Assembly: GCA_016188265.1 (NCBI GenBank)
Contig: JACPID010000005.1
Span: forward strand, 38,126-102,125
DNA from: Candidatus Woesearchaeota archaeon
GTDB lineage: Archaea > Nanobdellota > Nanobdellia > Woesearchaeales > ARS49
Direction: 5' to 3'
DNA: 64,000 nt
Shown here one piece after another: positions 17,982 through 28,578 of the stretch (positions are counted from its first letter, which is position 1; the number at the start of each line of letters is the position of its first letter). Made by a program: the position numbers and the translations under genes. The notes below the pieces were generated by a model. The model made no database searches. It saw only the letters and a program-made list of their open reading frames with translations, and had not been told where the DNA came from.

Positions 17982-19921
17982 AGAGAATTTTATTTTTTAT
18001 CATTTTATTTATTCCACTTTCATTTGCAGTTACTGAAATACAGGTTGATTTTTCCTCTGGCATTAGTTTAGAAAAAGAACAATATTTTTCAGAAATTAAT
18101 TCAGTTGTAGCTGATTTATTTCTTTTTCCAAGAGAAGAATTTGGTCAGGAAGTGCTTTCTTTGAAAACAGGCGGAAAACAGGGACTGGATGAAATAAATT
18201 ATAAGTGGGATGTTCCAAAACAAAATGTTCTGGCATACTCTTATACTTCAGTTGTGAGAACAAATCATGATTTAAGAAAAGTTTTTTCTAAAATTAATTA
18301 TCCTTATCCTAAACTTTCAGGTTCTATAGAATACTTTACTCAGCCTTCTGAACATATTGATTCGCAATATGAAACAATTAAAGATTTGGCTCAAAAAATC
18401 CGTGAACAAGAAACTGATTCTTGGAAAATTGTTAATAAAATTGGTTTATGGGTTAAAGGATCTGTAAAGTATAATCTTAGTACTTTAACTGAAGATGTAG
18501 TTCAACGTGCAAGTTGGGTTTTGCAGAATAAGTATGGTGTTTGTGATGAAATAACAACTCTATTTATCGCTCTTGTTCGTTCATTAGGCATTCCTGCAAG
18601 GTTTGTGCATGGTGTAGCGCAAACAGACGGTAATGGTTTATTTGGTTCTCATGGATGGGCTGAAGTGTATTTTCCAAATCATGGTTGGGTTCCTTTTGAT
18701 GTAACATTTGGACAGTTCGGATGGATTGATGAAACTCATGTAAGATTAATGCATACGCTTGACCCGGGAGATCCCGGGGTTAAAGTTGAATGGAGGGGAA
18801 AAAATGTTGAAGCTAAACTTGGAAAGCTTGCTTTAAATGCTAAATTCTTAAGACATGATAAAGAAGAACATGCTCTTTTGGATTATTCTATTTCTCCGCA
18901 ATTTTCTCTTGTAAAGCACGGAGGTTATAATTTAATTATTGTTAGTATTAAAAACCCCCAGTCATTTTATGTAACTGAATCTTTTACGCTTTCTTCAGTT
19001 AAAGAACTTGATATTTTAGGGCTTCAAGAACAGTGGGCTATTCTCGCCCCTGGAGAAGAAACTCGATTATTTTATATTATAAAAATAATTGACAATCTGC
19101 CTGAAAAATTCCAGTACACTGTCCCTATTGTTGTAACTTCAGGCAGAGATCAATTAAAAAAATCAATATTTAAAATAACTCCTTCAGGAGTTGCTGAAAA
19201 TTTAAGAAGTATTGAAAACACAATTATTTTATTGCGTCAAGAAAATTTAAAGCAGTATTCTTCACAAGTACTTCTTTTTTGTACACCAAAACAAGAACTT
19301 CTTTTTGAAAATGATGTTCCTGAAATAGAGTGTACTTTAGAAAATAAAGGAAATTTAATTTTAAATAATGTAGAAGTATGTGCAATAAATAAATGCAGTG
19401 AAATTGATATTTCACCAAAAAATAAGATAACTGTTATTTTAAAACTTAATTTACAGCATCCGGGCAGACAAGATGTGCTTGTAACTGCAAATAATGATCT
19501 TATTTCAAAAAATAGCATGGTTTCACTGGAAAAATATGATGATACTATTTTGGAAATTGAAGAAGTTTCTTTTCCTGAAAAAATAGTTAGTGAAACAAGT
19601 TTAAAATTAAAATTAGTTCAGAAATCATATTCATCGCCTGCAAAAGTGTCCTTGATTGTAAGAACCCCTAAAAGAAAGATAATTAGTGAAATTAAAGAAT
19701 TTTTATATGAACAAGAATTAGAAGTTTCAATCAAACCTGAGGATTTTGCTTATGGAAAAAATGATTTGAAAATAGAGCTTGATTATAAAACACTTTTAGG
19801 TGAAGATAAGAATGATTTAAAAATATTGTCAGTTGAACGTGGAGCAGGAGGTTTTTTAAAATCATTATTATTAAACATTCAAGAGTTTTTTACTAAAGTA
19901 TGGGAAGTTATTTGGCAATAA
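17978..19921 (+). CDS. secreted transglutaminase-like domain protein
   Basis: Signal peptide; Cys-His-Asp core YGVCDEITTLF...GSHGWAEVYFPNHGWVPFD. Confidence 0.65.
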   Translation: MKRILFFIILFIPLSFAVTEIQVDFSSGISLEKEQYFSEINSVVADLFLFPREEFGQEVLSLKTGGKQGLDEINYKWDVPKQNVLAYSYTSVVRTNHDLRKVFSKINYPYPKLSGSIEYFTQPSEHIDSQYETIKDLAQKIREQETDSWKIVNKIGLWVKGSVKYNLSTLTEDVVQRASWVLQNKYGVCDEITTLFIALVRSLGIPARFVHGVAQTDGNGLFGSHGWAEVYFPNHGWVPFDVTFGQFGWIDETHVRLMHTLDPGDPGVKVEWRGKNVEAKLGKLALNAKFLRHDKEEHALLDYSISPQFSLVKHGGYNLIIVSIKNPQSFYVTESFTLSSVKELDILGLQEQWAILAPGEETRLFYIIKIIDNLPEKFQYTVPIVVTSGRDQLKKSIFKITPSGVAENLRSIENTIILLRQENLKQYSSQVLLFCTPKQELLFENDVPEIECTLENKGNLILNNVEVCAINKCSEIDISPKNKITVILKLNLQHPGRQDVLVTANNDLISKNSMVSLEKYDDTILEIEEVSFPEKIVSETSLKLKLVQKSYSSPAKVSLIVRTPKRKIISEIKEFLYEQELEVSIKPEDFAYGKNDLKIELDYKTLLGEDKNDLKILSVERGAGGFLKSLLLNIQEFFTKVWEVIWQ

Positions 19922-19952
19922 ACTTTTATATACCCAATACATTGCATGATTT

Positions 19953-20126
19953 ATGAGCGGAAAAAATATTGAAAAAGACGATCCTTTTCAAGCTATTATT
20001 GAACAGCTTAAAGAGTATGATGAAGGTACTGAATTAGTTTCTCCTGTACATGAGTATTCCTGCTTTTGTGGCAAAGAAAAGGAAGATCACTGGAAAAATG
20101 AAAATTCAAACAATAATAAAGAATAG
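19953..20126 (+). CDS. small hypothetical protein (57 aa)
   Basis: ATG ORF in an intergenic gap, with a Cys pair near the C-terminus (HEYSCFC). Confidence 0.25.
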   Translation: MSGKNIEKDDPFQAIIEQLKEYDEGTELVSPVHEYSCFCGKEKEDHWKNENSNNNKE

Positions 20127-20150
20127 AGCTTTCTGTTTTTTTATGACAAT

Positions 20151-20390
20151 TTAGTAAACTTCTAATTTTGGTTTAGGTTTATCTTCAGGTTCTGTTGGTT
20201 TAGTATTATCCAAATTATCAAATAATCCTCCAAATACCCCTGTAACATTAGAAGAATCTGAAGGTTGATCATCAAACATGTTTCTATTTGATTGAGGATC
20301 TTGTGTTCGTTGAACAATTTGAGATAATAATTGAATAACTTTCTTCAAGTCATCATGGGTATCTTTTTGAGTGTCAACAGTTATTCGCAT
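20151..20390 (-). CDS. small acidic hypothetical protein
   Basis: ORF only. Confidence 0.3.
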   Translation of the reverse strand: MRITVDTQKDTHDDLKKVIQLLSQIVQRTQDPQSNRNMFDDQPSDSSNVTGVFGGLFDNLDNTKPTEPEDKPKPKLEVY

Positions 20391-20437
20391 AATACCACCT
20401 TTTTATTAAATATTATTTTAGCGGTATAAATAGTTTG

Positions 20438-21370
20438 CTATTTGAAGTGTTTATTTAAAAAAATTGATGTTTCTAGCATGACATAAGGCAGTGCAAGTAT
20501 TGCTGTATAATGTCCTGTTAGGAGAATTCCTGTTTTTGGACCGCCTATTGAGTTGTATAATTCAAATTGTTGTTTAGTTGGAACACATTGATCAAATAAT
20601 GCTATGAATAAAAGAGCATTGTCAGTGTCAATGTATTTAGCAAGTACTTTTGGATCAGATTTTATATTTTCAATTAATTCCTGCTGAAATTCTTCTAATG
20701 TTTTTTTTTTAGTTCTTTGCTCTCTATAACAAGCTATTGATGATTCTTTGCTTGTTGTTAAAATAGCAGGTATATCAGAGCCTGCAATGCTAATAACAGA
20801 ACACTTAATTCTATTATCTATGCTTGCAAGCATAGCAGTATTTATGCCTCCCATGCTTATGCCAAAGGCGCCTATTTTATTTGCATCAGTATTTGGTTGT
20901 TTTTCAAGCCAATCTATAACTCTGCGAGTATTTTGCAAATATTTAAGAGTTGTATTTTCAATATCTTTCCCGGCAGAGTATTCACTCAACAATTTTTTTG
21001 GACGTTTCATAATAACTGACGAAATGTCTTGATAAGCAAAAAATTTAGCAAAAATTTTTGAAATATCATAATTTCCTGCAAGCACTGGTGAGATAATCAT
21101 AATTGGTGTTTTCTTTTTGCTTTTTGCTTTGTAATAATAAAATTCAGTCAAGTCATCATTAATTTCAAAATTGCAGTTGTAACGAGTAAAATATTTGTTT
21201 TCTTCTCTAATAGTTTGATTTATGTTGAAATTAATTTTTTTGTAATCATAATATGTTTCAATTTCAAGAGATATATTTTGAGGCTTAATATGTGCTGGAT
21301 TTTTAGGAATAGTAACGCATCCTGACAAAGCAATTGTAATAGCTGCTGCTTTGATTATTTTCTCTAGCAT
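20438..21370 (-). CDS. alpha/beta-hydrolase (esterase/lipase-like) lipoprotein
   Basis: Lipobox-like signal IALSGC; nucleophile elbow GISMGG (GxSxG). Confidence 0.55.
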   Translation of the reverse strand: MLEKIIKAAAITIALSGCVTIPKNPAHIKPQNISLEIETYYDYKKINFNINQTIREENKYFTRYNCNFEINDDLTEFYYYKAKSKKKTPIMIISPVLAGNYDISKIFAKFFAYQDISSVIMKRPKKLLSEYSAGKDIENTTLKYLQNTRRVIDWLEKQPNTDANKIGAFGISMGGINTAMLASIDNRIKCSVISIAGSDIPAILTTSKESSIACYREQRTKKKTLEEFQQELIENIKSDPKVLAKYIDTDNALLFIALFDQCVPTKQQFELYNSIGGPKTGILLTGHYTAILALPYVMLETSIFLNKHFK

Positions 21371-21374
21371 AAAT

Positions 21375-23267
21375 TCACTCCATATGAAGTTCTTTTATTG
21401 CTTTTACAACATCCTTTGCGCTCACACTGCAGTATTCTAACATTTCACTTATTTTTCTAGAACTTTTAGGCCATCTTTTAATGTATAATTGTTTTAGTTT
21501 CCAGTTTTTATTAGCAGCAATAACTGCTATTTCACAAGCTAAACCTCCGAAATAATTGTCTTCTAGTGTTACTACTTTTTTAGATTTATCAGCTTCGCTT
21601 ATAATTCCTTGTGAATCAATTGGTTTTAATGAATACGCATCAATAACACTTACGGGAAGCCCTTGTTTTTCAAGCTCTTGAGCAGCTTCTAATGCAATAT
21701 GAATTGTGTAGCCGTGAGAAATAATAAGTCCGTGTTCTCCTTTTCTTAAAATTTTACTTCCGCCTATTTTAAATTTTTCTTTTAACTTATATAATAAAGG
21801 CATATCTGGCCTATAATTTCTTTGATAAGTTGGACCATTATGTTTTGCGCACTCTTCTGTTAGCCAGTATGACGAAACAGCATCAGATGGGCTTACGACC
21901 ACTAATCCGGGCATTGAAAGAGCATATGACAAATCTGCCAGCCCCATTTGTGATGGTCCATCAGAGTGCGGGCTTAGGCCTGTGTGTGATCCAACTACAT
22001 GAATTGGAAGCCTTGACTGTAGTGCAATATTCCATTGAGTAAAGCAGGTTTCTAAAAAACGAGCAAAAGTATTAACAAACACGATTTTGCCTTGAGATGC
22101 AAGACCAGCGCCTACACCCATCATGTTTTGTTCTGCAATTGCACATTCTACAAATCTATCAGGATATTTTTTTCTAAAAAATTCAGTCATTGTTGAATTA
22201 CTAACTTCTGCATCACAAACAACAATATTTTTATCTTTTCCCAACTCTCTTAATGCATAACCATAGGCTTTTCTTGCAGAAATTTTTTTTGTTTCTTTAT
22301 ATGCAGAATCCCAATCTGTAAATTTTGGCAGAAAAAGATTTGCCTTTAGTTTTGTTGGTTCAAGCAAGATTTTTGTTGATGCTAAATTATTATGTTCTTG
22401 AAATTGTTTTTTTTGTTGTTCAAATATTTCCAATAATGCTTTTTGCGCATCTTCTTTTAGTAATGTTTTACCATGCCAGTTTCCTTCTTGAAGTTTTTTC
22501 ACACCCCATCCTTTTACTGTATGGGCAAGAATTGCTGTTGGTTTTTTGATTTGTTTTTTTAGTATTTTGAGAATATCCAAAATTTTATGCCCGTTTATTT
22601 CATAAATTTTCCAGTGTTTTGCTTCTAATTCCTTTTTGTAATTGTATTTTACTAAATCTTTGGTTTTTGCTGACTGCCCCCACTCATTAATATTAAGAAA
22701 TAATGTTATTGGAAGCTTGTAAGTATTTGCAAATCTTAGCGCTTCATCAATTTGTCCTTCTCTAAATTCGCTATCTCCGCATATAACAAAAATATTTCTT
22801 TTTATCTTGTCAAAACAATCAGCAAGTGCTATGCCGTTGGCAATTGATAATCCTTGACCTAGCGCTCCTGTAGCGCAAGGAAATGGAAGCCTTGCTATTT
22901 TTCCATCAGGCAGTTCTGTATAAGGTGAGGGATGACCGTCAAGTACACTGTTTAAATCTCTGAGAGCTTCCAAATTTTCTGGAGATAATTTTTTAATAGA
23001 ACTGTTTTCCAAATAATGCATTCCTTGAACTGCCCATGCACTGTACAAAACTGGCACTGCATGGCCTTCTGAAAGTATAATTACATCATTTGTTTTCCTG
23101 TCAAAGGGGTTTAAAGGATTGAAATTTTTTGTTGTTATTAAAGTTGCAATAATATGCACTAAAGAAAGCGCAGAGCTTGGATGACCTGTTGCAGCCTCAG
23201 TTGTGCTTCTAACAATAAGCTCAGCATACTTATTTACTTTTTCAGTGATAATTTCCTCTTTTTTCAT
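21375..23267 (-). CDS. tkt: transketolase (fused N- and C-terminal halves)
   Basis: TPP-binding GHPSSALS, GDSEF...EGQIDEA, GALGQGLS, and pyrimidine-binding and C-terminal domains all within 630 aa. Confidence 0.8.
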   Translation of the reverse strand: MKKEEIITEKVNKYAELIVRSTTEAATGHPSSALSLVHIIATLITTKNFNPLNPFDRKTNDVIILSEGHAVPVLYSAWAVQGMHYLENSSIKKLSPENLEALRDLNSVLDGHPSPYTELPDGKIARLPFPCATGALGQGLSIANGIALADCFDKIKRNIFVICGDSEFREGQIDEALRFANTYKLPITLFLNINEWGQSAKTKDLVKYNYKKELEAKHWKIYEINGHKILDILKILKKQIKKPTAILAHTVKGWGVKKLQEGNWHGKTLLKEDAQKALLEIFEQQKKQFQEHNNLASTKILLEPTKLKANLFLPKFTDWDSAYKETKKISARKAYGYALRELGKDKNIVVCDAEVSNSTMTEFFRKKYPDRFVECAIAEQNMMGVGAGLASQGKIVFVNTFARFLETCFTQWNIALQSRLPIHVVGSHTGLSPHSDGPSQMGLADLSYALSMPGLVVVSPSDAVSSYWLTEECAKHNGPTYQRNYRPDMPLLYKLKEKFKIGGSKILRKGEHGLIISHGYTIHIALEAAQELEKQGLPVSVIDAYSLKPIDSQGIISEADKSKKVVTLEDNYFGGLACEIAVIAANKNWKLKQLYIKRWPKSSRKISEMLEYCSVSAKDVVKAIKELHME

Positions 23268-23399
23268 AAATCCTTTTTGTAGAAATTTTTACATATATAA
23301 ATCTAGCTTTTAGTACCGGTATTTCCTAAACAAACAAAATGCATTTGGAAATACTGAACTTATAGTTAGAATTATAAATACTGCTTTATTTATGAGATC

Positions 23400-23882
23400 A
23401 TGCAAGGTTCAACAAAAATAGTTCCAGTATATTGTAGTTCTTTTCAAAACCAAGATGAACAGATTTTAACTAGATTAAACATTGTCAGAGACATTAACAT
23501 AGAAAGCTTGATTTCATTTAAAAGAATTTTATTTGATAGAGAATTTAGAAAAAAAGAATCTGATAAAATAATAACTGATTTGCAGGATATTATTTCAAAA
23601 ACTGAAACAACATTAGATTATGAATGTGATGTAAGGTTTAATTTTTTTGGCCAGTATGGCAGAGATAAAAACCAGCCTACTGATAGAATAAAATCAGTTT
23701 GGTTTATTCCAAAAAATACATCATTAGGATTTGGTGAAATATTTTTAGTAGAAAATTATAATAAAAAAGAAAAGTTAGTTCCTAGACAAATTAAAATTGA
23801 ATATGGATTTTACAAAAATGCATCATTAAAACATCTTATTACAATGTATGAGGCTATAGATTCTTTTAATCCGGAAAATTAA
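23400..23882 (+). CDS. hypothetical protein
   Basis: ORF only. Confidence 0.3.
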   Translation: MQGSTKIVPVYCSSFQNQDEQILTRLNIVRDINIESLISFKRILFDREFRKKESDKIITDLQDIISKTETTLDYECDVRFNFFGQYGRDKNQPTDRIKSVWFIPKNTSLGFGEIFLVENYNKKEKLVPRQIKIEYGFYKNASLKHLITMYEAIDSFNPEN

Positions 23883-24208
23883 GTAAGCAATTGTTTTAAT
23901 CTTTCTAAAGATTGTTGTTTTAGAATATCTCTATGTTCAAATAAGTTCATTGTGTTAACATTTGATTCAATCACGTCATAAAGTGACTTAGCTTGATCGC
24001 CTTCAAAAGTTAATAGAGCTCTTTGGCCTTCAAAAACTGTAAGTTTATAATAATTATCAGTTTGTTTTCCTTCGACTACCATAGTAAATGATTTTAAACC
24101 AGTAACATATCTTCTGACATCTTTGTTACACTCGCTAGAAGTCCACATATTCGGGCGCTGTTTTTCTAAAATTCTAGCAATTGATTCCAATAATGGTTTT
24201 GTTTGCAT
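23879..24208 (-). CDS. hypothetical protein
   Basis: ORF only. Confidence 0.3.
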   Translation of the reverse strand: MQTKPLLESIARILEKQRPNMWTSSECNKDVRRYVTGLKSFTMVVEGKQTDNYYKLTVFEGQRALLTFEGDQAKSLYDVIESNVNTMNLFEHRDILKQQSLERLKQLLT

Positions 24209-24285
24209 TTTAAGATAATATTATAAAACCAGTACTTAAATGTTTCTATTTTTTAATCACTGGTCAGTAGGCATAAATACATTAA

Positions 24286-24359
24286 CTGGGATCGGGGAGA
24301 TTCGAACTCCCGACCACACGCACCCCAAGCGTGCATTCTACCAAGCTGAACTACGACCC
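24286..24359 (-). tRNA. tRNA-Pro (anticodon GGG), 74 nt
   Basis: Reverse complement GGGGTCG-TA-GTTC...GAAT-G-CACGC-TTGGGGT-GCGTG-TGGTC-GGGAG-TTCGAAT-CTCCC-CGATCCC-A; TATA-like TTTTTAAGG about 30 nt upstream on the minus strand. Confidence 0.8.
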
Positions 24360-24439
24360 CGAATTAATACAGTAATACCTGGTTGTACCTTAAAAAGTTT
24401 TACAGAAAATCACTTGAACTTACATAAATAATATTTCTA

Positions 24440-24721
24440 TTAAACTTTTTCAAGAGTTATTTCAATAGAGCTTATATTTCTTTTCTTGCCTTCTCTGTTT
24501 GTTACTTCTTCAGAATTTATAACTACATTTTTTACTTTAACTTTTCCTTCTAGAAATCGTTTGGATGCAACCATTGAAGCATCAACTGCACTGTTTATTA
24601 AATTTCCACGTGCTTTAACAACAACTTCAGAGGCGTTTTTTGTTGCAAATTGCATAACTATTGCTGTAATATAATTCATAAAAGGTTTATTACCAACAAG
24701 AATTGCATTATCTTCAGTCAT
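24440..24721 (-). CDS. albA: Alba (Sso10b-family DNA/RNA-binding protein)
   Basis: ILVGNKPFMNYITAIV...VVVKARGNLINSAVDA...RNISSIEITLEKV aligns with Alba. Confidence 0.8.
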   Translation of the reverse strand: MTEDNAILVGNKPFMNYITAIVMQFATKNASEVVVKARGNLINSAVDASMVASKRFLEGKVKVKNVVINSEEVTNREGKKRNISSIEITLEKV

Positions 24722-24728
24722 TGTAACT

Positions 24729-24926
24729 TTATTGCCAACTTTCTTTGCGCTTCATCATACGAGTAACATAACCTGCAACTGTATTTCTTAATTTTTTACT
24801 ATATCCTTCCAAGTATAATTCAACTAATTTCTTATTTGGATCAAAATCTTCTTTAAATTCTTGACCATAAAGTTTTAGCAATTGCATTGTTAATCTTTTG
24901 ATAAGTTGTGTTTTAACACGTCCCAT
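24729..24926 (-). CDS. rps17e: ribosomal protein eS17
   Basis: MGRVKTQLIKR...KKLRNTVAGYVTRMMKRK. Confidence 0.8.
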   Translation of the reverse strand: MGRVKTQLIKRLTMQLLKLYGQEFKEDFDPNKKLVELYLEGYSKKLRNTVAGYVTRMMKRKESWQ

Positions 24927-25024
24927 ATACCTAGTAAATTAGCATTATTTTATAATATTTTCGCTCATCTGAACTGCTTGATGAGGCGAAATGTTTTTAA
25001 ACAAGCAGCTTCATTCAAATTATT

Positions 25025-25591
25025 ATGGGATTATATCAACACATTGCTAAAATCTGGAAACAACCTAATAAAAATCTTGGACAAGTTTGGCACGAAAGAT
25101 TGATTAGGTGGAGAAGAGAGCCAACAACATTGCGCTTAGACAGGCCTACACGTTTAGATCGTGCAAGATCACTTGGTTATAAAGCAAAACAAGGTGTTTT
25201 TGTTGTCAGGCAACGTGTAGTTCGTGGAGGCCATATAAGGCCTAGGCCTCTTTCCAGAAAGCCTAAAAAAATGACCATTCGTTTAGCATTAAGAAAAAAT
25301 TATCAGTTAATAGCTGAAGAAAGAGCAAATAAGCACTATCCTAATTGTGAAGTTTTAAACTCGTATAATGTTGGTAGTGATGGAACATATTATTGGTATG
25401 AAATTATATTAATTGATCGTGACCATCCAGCAGTTAAAGCAGATAATGTTTTATCTTTAATTGCTAAACAAAAAGGGCGTGTTTTCAGAGGATTAACATC
25501 TGCAGGTAAACGCTCCAGAGGACTTTATTGGAAGGGTAAAGGTGTAGAAAAAGCAAGGCCAAGTAGACGCGCAAATAAAAGATTGCAGTAA
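25025..25591 (+). CDS. rpl15e: ribosomal protein eL15
   Basis: MGLYQHIAKIWKQP...RLDRPTRLDRARSLGYKAKQG is typical of L15e. Confidence 0.85.
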   Translation: MGLYQHIAKIWKQPNKNLGQVWHERLIRWRREPTTLRLDRPTRLDRARSLGYKAKQGVFVVRQRVVRGGHIRPRPLSRKPKKMTIRLALRKNYQLIAEERANKHYPNCEVLNSYNVGSDGTYYWYEIILIDRDHPAVKADNVLSLIAKQKGRVFRGLTSAGKRSRGLYWKGKGVEKARPSRRANKRLQ

Positions 25592-25592
25592 A

Positions 25593-25820
25593 ATGGCAAA
25601 AAAAAAGAAAAAAATTGTTAATAAAAAAGCAGAACCACAAAAAGTAAAAGAAGAACCTGTATTAGCACCTCCTACTAAGGAGCTTGAAGAAGAAAAAGAA
25701 GTTGATGAAGAAGAAGAGTTTTATGACAAAGAGCTTTCTGAATTTTATAAAGATGAAGAAGATCCAGATGAAGAAGGGGATTATACTCCTGAAGAAGCTT
25801 TTGAAGACGACGAATACTAA
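25593..25820 (+). CDS. small K-rich N-terminus, highly acidic C-terminus, unknown function
   Basis: Low-complexity E/D-rich ORF immediately after rpl15e. Confidence 0.3.
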   Translation: MAKKKKKIVNKKAEPQKVKEEPVLAPPTKELEEEKEVDEEEEFYDKELSEFYKDEEDPDEEGDYTPEEAFEDDEY

Positions 25821-25875
25821 AAAATATTTTTAGCACACAATACTTAAAAACAAAAGCTATTTCTTCTAAATTATT

Positions 25876-26868
25876 ATGCCTCTCTTGCCTTTTGAAAAAA
25901 TAAAACGCAATGTTTTAGTTTTATGTGAAAGCAAAACTGATCCTAAGCATGGATGTTTTCCTGAAAACTTTTCTGTTGAAACACTTCTAAATTATGGGGT
26001 TATTAATTTAAACAAGTATAAAGGCCCAACTTCACATCAAGTATCAGATATTGTTAAAAAAGTTTTAAATGTTCAAAAAGCAGGGCATGGTGGAAGTTTA
26101 GACCCTCATGTTACAGGTGTTTTACCAATTGCGCTTGGTCGTGCAACAAAAGTTGTCGAGTTCATTCTTAAAGCTGGAAAAGAATATGTTTGCTTAATGC
26201 ATTTACACAAAAAAGTTTCTAAAGATATTATTCTTACTGCTTTTAAAGGCATGATTGGAGAGATAACACAATTGCCTCCTAGAAAAAGTGCAGTTGTTAG
26301 GAGTTGGAGAAAACGTAATATTTACTACACAGAAATATTAGAAATCAACGGACAAGATGTTCTTTTAAAAATAGGATGCCAAGCAGGTACGTATATTAGA
26401 AAATATATTCATGATTTTGGAATATTAATAGGAATTGGTGCGCATATGGCTGAGTTAATAAGAACAAAAGCAGGCCCTTTTAATTATGCTAACTGGGTGA
26501 CAATTCAGGATTTAGAAGATGCTTATTATTTTTGGAAAGAAGAACATAATGAGAAACTAATAAGAAATTGCATTAAACCAGTGGAGTTTGCAGTTTCTCA
26601 TCTGCCAAAAGTTTGGGTTTTTGATTCTAGTGTTAATACATTATGTCATGGCGCTAGTCTTAAAATTCCAGGAATTTCGAAAATTCATTCTGGAATTCAA
26701 AAACAAGAAATTGTAGCAGTCATGACTCTTAAAGATGAACTAATAGCAGTAGGCATTGCTCAAATATCAAGTGAACAAATAATGTCTGAAAAAAAAGGAG
26801 TTGCTATAAAAACTCAAAAGGTTTTCATGCAGCCAGGAACTTATTTAAAACAGCAAACAAGCAGTTAA
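25876..26868 (+). CDS. cbf5: H/ACA RNP pseudouridine synthase Cbf5 (TruB family, PUA domain)
   Basis: GHGGSLDPHVTGVLPIALGRATK TruB catalytic motif; C-terminal PUA-like region. Confidence 0.85.
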   Translation: MPLLPFEKIKRNVLVLCESKTDPKHGCFPENFSVETLLNYGVINLNKYKGPTSHQVSDIVKKVLNVQKAGHGGSLDPHVTGVLPIALGRATKVVEFILKAGKEYVCLMHLHKKVSKDIILTAFKGMIGEITQLPPRKSAVVRSWRKRNIYYTEILEINGQDVLLKIGCQAGTYIRKYIHDFGILIGIGAHMAELIRTKAGPFNYANWVTIQDLEDAYYFWKEEHNEKLIRNCIKPVEFAVSHLPKVWVFDSSVNTLCHGASLKIPGISKIHSGIQKQEIVAVMTLKDELIAVGIAQISSEQIMSEKKGVAIKTQKVFMQPGTYLKQQTSS

Positions 26869-26936
26869 CTTTATAAACCCTTATAATTTCTCACTGTTAA
26901 CACACTTGTAAAAATAATATTAGGGGGTATATAAGT

Positions 26937-28214
26937 ATGGCAAAAGAAAAACCACATATTAATCTTGTAATTGTAGGACATGTTGATCATGGTAAATCTA
27001 CCACTGTTGGCAGGCTTTTATTTGATTCAGGAAATATTCCAGAGCAAGAAATGAGAAAGTTAAAAGAACTTGCTCAAGAGCTTGGTAAAGGAGGATTTGA
27101 ATTTGCATTTGTCATGGACCAGCTTGCTGAAGAAAGAAAACGTGGAGTTACTATTGATTTAGCTCATAAAAAATTTAATACACCTAAATATGAATTTACA
27201 ATTATTGATGCTCCAGGTCATAAAGATTTTATTAAAAACATGATTACAGGAGCAAGCCAAGCTGATGCTGCAGTCATTGTTGTAGGAAGCGAAGGTGTTC
27301 AAGCACAAACTAGAGAGCATGTTTTCTTATGCAAAACATTAGGAGTTAAACAAGTTATTGTTGCAGTTAATAAAATGGACTTAAGCAAATATGATCAAGC
27401 TAAATTTGAAGCTCTTAAAAAAGACGTTTCAATATTATTAAAAACATATGGCTACCCAGCTGATCAAATAACTTTTGTTCCTTTAGCGTCATTCTTGGGA
27501 GATAATGTTGTAAAGAGAAGTGCAAACATGCCTTGGTATAAAGGACCAACACTTCTTGAATCTCTGGATACTTTAAGTGTTCCAGAAAAACTAACTGCAT
27601 TTCCTTTAAGATTGCCTTTACAAGATGTTTACAACATTAAAGGAATTGGTGTTGTTCCAGTTGGAAGAGTTGAAACTGGAGTTATGAAAGTTGGAGATAA
27701 AATTACTGTTGTTCCAGCAAGAGAAGGCAAAGGGATTAGCGGTGAAGTTAAGTCAATAGAAATGCATCATGAAGCAATTCAGCAAGCAGAAGCTGGAGAT
27801 AATGTGGGATTTAATGTTCGTGGCATTGAACAAAAAGATATTGCAAAAGGAGATGTTGTTGGGCATTCAAATAAAGTGCCTCCTGTTGCAAAAGAGTTTA
27901 CTGCACGAATTGTTGTAATCAATCATCCAACAGTCATTACACAAGGTTACACGCCAGTTTTCCATATTCATACAGCACAAGTTGCATGCCAGTTTGTTGA
28001 GCTTGTTCAAAAAATTGATCCAGCAACTGGAACAGTGCTTGCTGAACATCCTGACTTTATTAAGAATGGAGATACAGCAATTGTCAAAGTAAGGCCAGTA
28101 CAGCCTGTTGTTATTGAAAAGCAGCAAGATAATCCAAAACTATCAAGATTTGCAATTCGCGATAGTGGTCAAACAGTTGCAGCAGGCATGTGTGTAGATT
28201 TAGTGCTTAAATAA
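26937..28214 (+). CDS. tuf: translation elongation factor aEF-1alpha
   Basis: [14 protein letters not shown] and NKMD GTPase motifs plus the archaeal EF1A C-terminal domains. Confidence 0.95.
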   Translation: MAKEKPHINLVIVGHVDHGKSTTVGRLLFDSGNIPEQEMRKLKELAQELGKGGFEFAFVMDQLAEERKRGVTIDLAHKKFNTPKYEFTIIDAPGHKDFIKNMITGASQADAAVIVVGSEGVQAQTREHVFLCKTLGVKQVIVAVNKMDLSKYDQAKFEALKKDVSILLKTYGYPADQITFVPLASFLGDNVVKRSANMPWYKGPTLLESLDTLSVPEKLTAFPLRLPLQDVYNIKGIGVVPVGRVETGVMKVGDKITVVPAREGKGISGEVKSIEMHHEAIQQAEAGDNVGFNVRGIEQKDIAKGDVVGHSNKVPPVAKEFTARIVVINHPTVITQGYTPVFHIHTAQVACQFVELVQKIDPATGTVLAEHPDFIKNGDTAIVKVRPVQPVVIEKQQDNPKLSRFAIRDSGQTVAAGMCVDLVLK

Positions 28215-28266
28215 ATTTATTTTATTTTTTTTGTTTATCTCGCCTCCAATACCAAAAAATACAAAA

Positions 28267-28578
28267 ATGCCAAAAGCTAGAATAAAGCTTGCAAGTATAG
28301 ATATTGACAAGCTAAATCAGACTTGTGATTATATTAAAGATATTGCTGAGAAAACAGGTGTTGATATTAAAGGCCCTATTCCTTTGCCAACAAAAAAGCT
28401 CAAGGTAACAACTCGAAGATGTCCTTGTGGTGATGGCAAAGCTTCTTGGGAGCGTTTTGAAATGCGCGTTCATAAAAGACTAATTGATCTTGGTGTTGAT
28501 GAAAGAGCATTGCGTCAAGTTATGAAAGTTCCAATACCTCAAGGCCTTAACATTGAAATAGAAATGATTGATTCTTGA
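28267..28578 (+). CDS. rps10: ribosomal protein uS10
   Basis: ARIKLASIDIDKL...TRRCPCGDGKASWERFEMRVHKRLIDL; in the conserved tuf-rps10 arrangement. Confidence 0.85.
   Translation: MPKARIKLASIDIDKLNQTCDYIKDIAEKTGVDIKGPIPLPTKKLKVTTRRCPCGDGKASWERFEMRVHKRLIDLGVDERALRQVMKVPIPQGLNIEIEMIDS

Noticed and set aside
24240-24431. 63-aa ORF
   Set aside because: It overlaps tRNA-Pro(GGG) on the opposite strand.
25593-25820. Acidic 75-aa ORF as a ribosomal P-stalk protein
   Set aside because: It lacks the conserved C-terminal stalk motif (…GLGSLFG-like), so it is left as unknown.
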